From Fibrobacteria bacterium (GTDB lineage Bacteria > Fibrobacterota > Fibrobacteria > UBA11236): DNA of 64,000 nucleotides. Made by a program: the position numbers and the translations under genes. Positions 61,519 to 64,000 of the stretch are shown here, one piece after another. Each line of letters opens with the position of its first letter. The stretch's first letter is position 1. The DNA is taken from positions 64,001-128,000 of the forward strand of contig JAYTSD010000004.1 in NCBI GenBank assembly GCA_043745805.1, given 5' to 3'. The notes under the pieces were generated by a model. It saw nothing but the letters and a program-made list of their open reading frames with translations, did no database searches and was not told the DNA's origin.

Positions 61519-62154
61519 TTATAAAAGGGATAGATTACGTTTTTGTTCAGCAGCGGAAGCCATAGCATAATTAGGCTTAATGATACCCTTTAGTATGGGA
61601 TCCTTTTGCATAGCCATTTTAGCGATAGCCGAAAAATTTACTTGCTGCGAAAATTCCCTTTGCTGCGCAAAGGATTTTACCAATTCAGCTTTTCCAGTCC
61701 ATTCCCCTGATGTGAGTATTGTCACATATTTATTCGAAACGTGTTTCAATTCCAGTTCGGTAAAAACTTGTTCCGACAAATCCTGCGCCGCCACAAAAAA
61801 ATGTCCGGCATTCCCCGGAATAACTGCCAAGGTGGAAGACTCCGCACAGATTAACATCGACTGCAAAGTGGAAAAAGGATAAATGGGAAGTTGTTTCGCA
61901 AAACATAGTCCTTCTACTGCGGCAATGCCCACGCGCACACCAGTAAAGCTTCCCGGTCCCGTCCCTACACAGGCTAAAGTGAAATCGGCATAGCACAAAC
62001 CTATTTCCTGCAAGCCGGCCGCAAGCAAATCCAAAACGCTATCGCCTCTTTGTCCTGGACAAATTTTTTCCAATAAAGTATTCGAGGTTTCATCAAGCAC
62101 TGCCCAATAAGGCAGTGCTGAAAGGTCAATTAATAAAGCAATTTTGGAGGACAC
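61519..62154 (-). CDS. tsaB: t6A biosynthesis protein TsaB
   Basis: VGTGPGSFTGVRVG. Confidence 0.88.
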   Translation of the reverse strand: MSSKIALLIDLSALPYWAVLDETSNTLLEKICPGQRGDSVLDLLAAGLQEIGLCYADFTLACVGTGPGSFTGVRVGIAAVEGLCFAKQLPIYPFSTLQSMLICAESSTLAVIPGNAGHFFVAAQDLSEQVFTELELKHVSNKYVTILTSGEWTGKAELVKSFAQQREFSQQVNFSAIAKMAMQKDPILKGIIKPNYAMASAAEQKRNLSLL

Positions 62155-63197
62155 TAATTAAACCGCTGCAAACTCTCATGCAAAATATGATTGAGTAATT
62201 CTGTATACGAAAGCCCCACGCAAGCAGCTTGCTGGGGTAACAAAGACATGGGAGTAAATCCTGGCAAATTATTCGTTTCTAAAACAAAAAGTTTATCGCC
62301 AACTATGCGAAAATCAGTGCGACTATAAACTGATAATTGCAAAGCGTGATGACAAGCGCGCGCGATTCGCTGAATTTCTAAAGTTATGGTTTCGGAAAAC
62401 GGAGCAGGAGTAATTTCTTCGGTACGTCCCTTGGTGTACTTCGCTTCGAAATTAAAAAAGCCATCTTTAAGTGGTCGAATTTCCGTAGGTGGCAAAGCTT
62501 GCCAATGATCAAGCACTCCACAAGTGGCTTCGCCACCGGCTAAAAAGGCTTCCAATAAAAGTCGTGGGGAACTGCTCAATTTCTTAACCAATGCTTCCAG
62601 TTCAACTCTATCTTTGGCGATACCCATGCCCAAACTGGATCCGCCTAATGGATCTTTAACCACAATGGGATAATGCAAAGTTTTTTCGGCCAAATTTAAG
62701 TACTGCGCATTGGCATATTCAGCTTTCAAAAGTATTTGATAAGGCGCCGTGGGAATACCATTTTGCTGATAAATTTGCTTGGATAAAATTTTGTCCATAG
62801 ACAAAGCGGAACCGATACTGCCACTGCCCGTAAAAGGCTGTTGCATCAGCTCGAATAGCCCTTGCAAACGACCATCTTCCCCCCCAATGCCATGCAGGCC
62901 AATCAAAAAAATATCGCAGCGGGGGAAGTCCGCGAAAAAAGGAAAGCGTAGACGTTTCCAATTTGGGGGTGGCGATTGCAAAATAGCTTTAGCTTTTTCG
63001 GGAGTAAAATCCACGAATTCACCCGCCTTATAAGTGCTTGGCCAAATCCATTCATTCTCAAGGGAAATGAGTACCGGAAAGCCAGTGAAACGAGTGGTAT
63101 CGAGCGAACGCAACATGCCAGCTCCCGAAACTAAAGAAACCGGCTGTTCCGAAGAAATCCCCCCGAACAAAACTCCAACCGAAAGTGGTGTGGACAT
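62154..63197 (-). CDS. ddl: D-alanine--D-alanine ligase
   Basis: GGISSE..VS, LHG..GEDG, MDK, GSS.G, KY, E.NNLPGFT..SL.P. Confidence 0.93.
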   Translation of the reverse strand: MSTPLSVGVLFGGISSEQPVSLVSGAGMLRSLDTTRFTGFPVLISLENEWIWPSTYKAGEFVDFTPEKAKAILQSPPPNWKRLRFPFFADFPRCDIFLIGLHGIGGEDGRLQGLFELMQQPFTGSGSIGSALSMDKILSKQIYQQNGIPTAPYQILLKAEYANAQYLNLAEKTLHYPIVVKDPLGGSSLGMGIAKDRVELEALVKKLSSSPRLLLEAFLAGGEATCGVLDHWQALPPTEIRPLKDGFFNFEAKYTKGRTEEITPAPFSETITLEIQRIARACHHALQLSVYSRTDFRIVGDKLFVLETNNLPGFTPMSLLPQQAACVGLSYTELLNHILHESLQRFN

Positions 63198-63199
63198 CT

Positions 63200-63409
63200 T
63201 TACCCCAAGTCTAAAATACTGCCCGCTGGTTTATCACTTTCAAAAAAGTCTTCTTTAAAATAATTAAAGCCTTCTTCATCGTTGGAATAGCCCGTAGCGG
63301 CATAATTTTGGAAAAAAAATCGTAAAGCCGCATCTCGGGTATCGAGTTCGACCAATTGGTGAATGAGTAGACTATCAGCATTCATAAAAGCAATAACATA
63401 TTTAGGCAT
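63200..63409 (-). CDS. Hypothetical protein (69 aa)
   Basis: ORF ends 2 bp before ddl on the same strand. Confidence 0.65.
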   Translation of the reverse strand: MPKYVIAFMNADSLLIHQLVELDTRDAALRFFFQNYAATGYSNDEEGFNYFKEDFFESDKPAGSILDLG

Positions 63410-63484
63410 AGCAATAAAGATAAACAGTTATTTTCCATCTTCCGAGACCTTGTCTTCAGGTTTTCAAAATGGCATGCTTAGTCC

Positions 63485-63643
63485 ATGTTAATTTCAGAAT
63501 TCCATCAAAAATTGGCAGCGATACGCCAAAAAGTAAATGCTCAACAAGAAATCACCGAGGAGGAGCGCAAGCTTTGGTTATGCGCCTTACTCCTCGAAAA
63601 ATCAACCCAGCAAGAACGCCAGTATCAAACTAAAAGCGCATGA
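63485..63643 (+). CDS. Small hypothetical protein (52 aa, not in ORF track)
   Basis: MLISEFHQKLAAIRQKVNAQQEITEEERKLWLCALLLEKSTQQERQYQTKSA; stop overlaps the next ATG (ATGA). Confidence 0.5.
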   Translation: MLISEFHQKLAAIRQKVNAQQEITEEERKLWLCALLLEKSTQQERQYQTKSA

Positions 63644-64000
63644 AAATTCTACTGATACTGCCACATAATCCGGGTGATGTTTTAATGGGTTTGCAAGTGG
63701 CTAAGCTTTTGCATTATTATCCCGCTGTATCCATTGATTTTATTGTGGGCGAAGAAAGCCAAGAGTTAGTGCAGGGATTCAGTGGTATTCAACACGTTTG
63801 GGTTTTGCCGCGTAAAGAAATAAAAAAAAACGCCGCAGAAAATAACTTTGATAATGCGATAAATATCACAACACGTTTTGTCGACCAACTTGCCAATCAG
63901 CATTATGATTTATCCGCCAATTTATTCCAAGAAACTTATGGAGGCGTATTACAAAGCTTAATCCATGCCGAAGTTAAAATTGGTCTCGAATGGGAAGATG
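63640..64000 (+). CDS. Glycosyltransferase family 9, partial (runs off the window)
   Basis: MKILLILPHNPGDVLMG...IDFIV...YDL..NL, a GT9-type N-terminus. Confidence 0.7.
   Translation, partial: MKILLILPHNPGDVLMGLQVAKLLHYYPAVSIDFIVGEESQELVQGFSGIQHVWVLPRKEIKKNAAENNFDNAINITTRFVDQLANQHYDLSANLFQETYGGVLQSLIHAEVKIGLEWED

Noticed and set aside
1..64000. tRNA or rRNA genes
   Set aside because: No cloverleaf or rRNA-like sequence noticed in any intergenic region

Overview
AT-rich bacterial chromosomal window from a diderm organism. A Fibrobacterota-like lineage is my guess from gene style and is not verified. Left to right: (1) an ~18 kb tightly packed + strand run, with an ExbB/TolQ + 2x ExbD + TonB/GltG-like motor cassette leading straight into a Wzx/Wzy polysaccharide locus (wza, wzc, wzx, glycosyltransferases, priming transferase, ligase/polymerase) and mltG; (2) a triuret-hydrolase-like gene plus permease, then a decayed HipA-type toxin locus; (3) asnS, divergent from a nifU-like/sufBCDSU operon; (4) Ser/Thr kinase, Ntn-hydrolase acylase, and an EamA-MFS-TMEM175 unit preceded by a consensus promoter, an unannotated 37-aa leader peptide and an attenuator-like terminator; (5) a complete type I-C CRISPR-Cas system (7 repeats, 6 spacers) headed by a WYL regulator, with a candidate palindromic operator in front of cas3; (6) a 4.6 kb integrase-free defence-like island bounded by a 63-bp direct repeat, carrying Fic, KilA-N, a palindrome-flanked DUF559 nuclease and gutted hsdM/hsdS/DUF1016 genes; (7) a REP-like cluster, pilD, a GH2 protein and housekeeping genes (cyclophilin, rimI, tsaB, ddl). 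All product calls come from recognising motifs by eye; no database searches were run.
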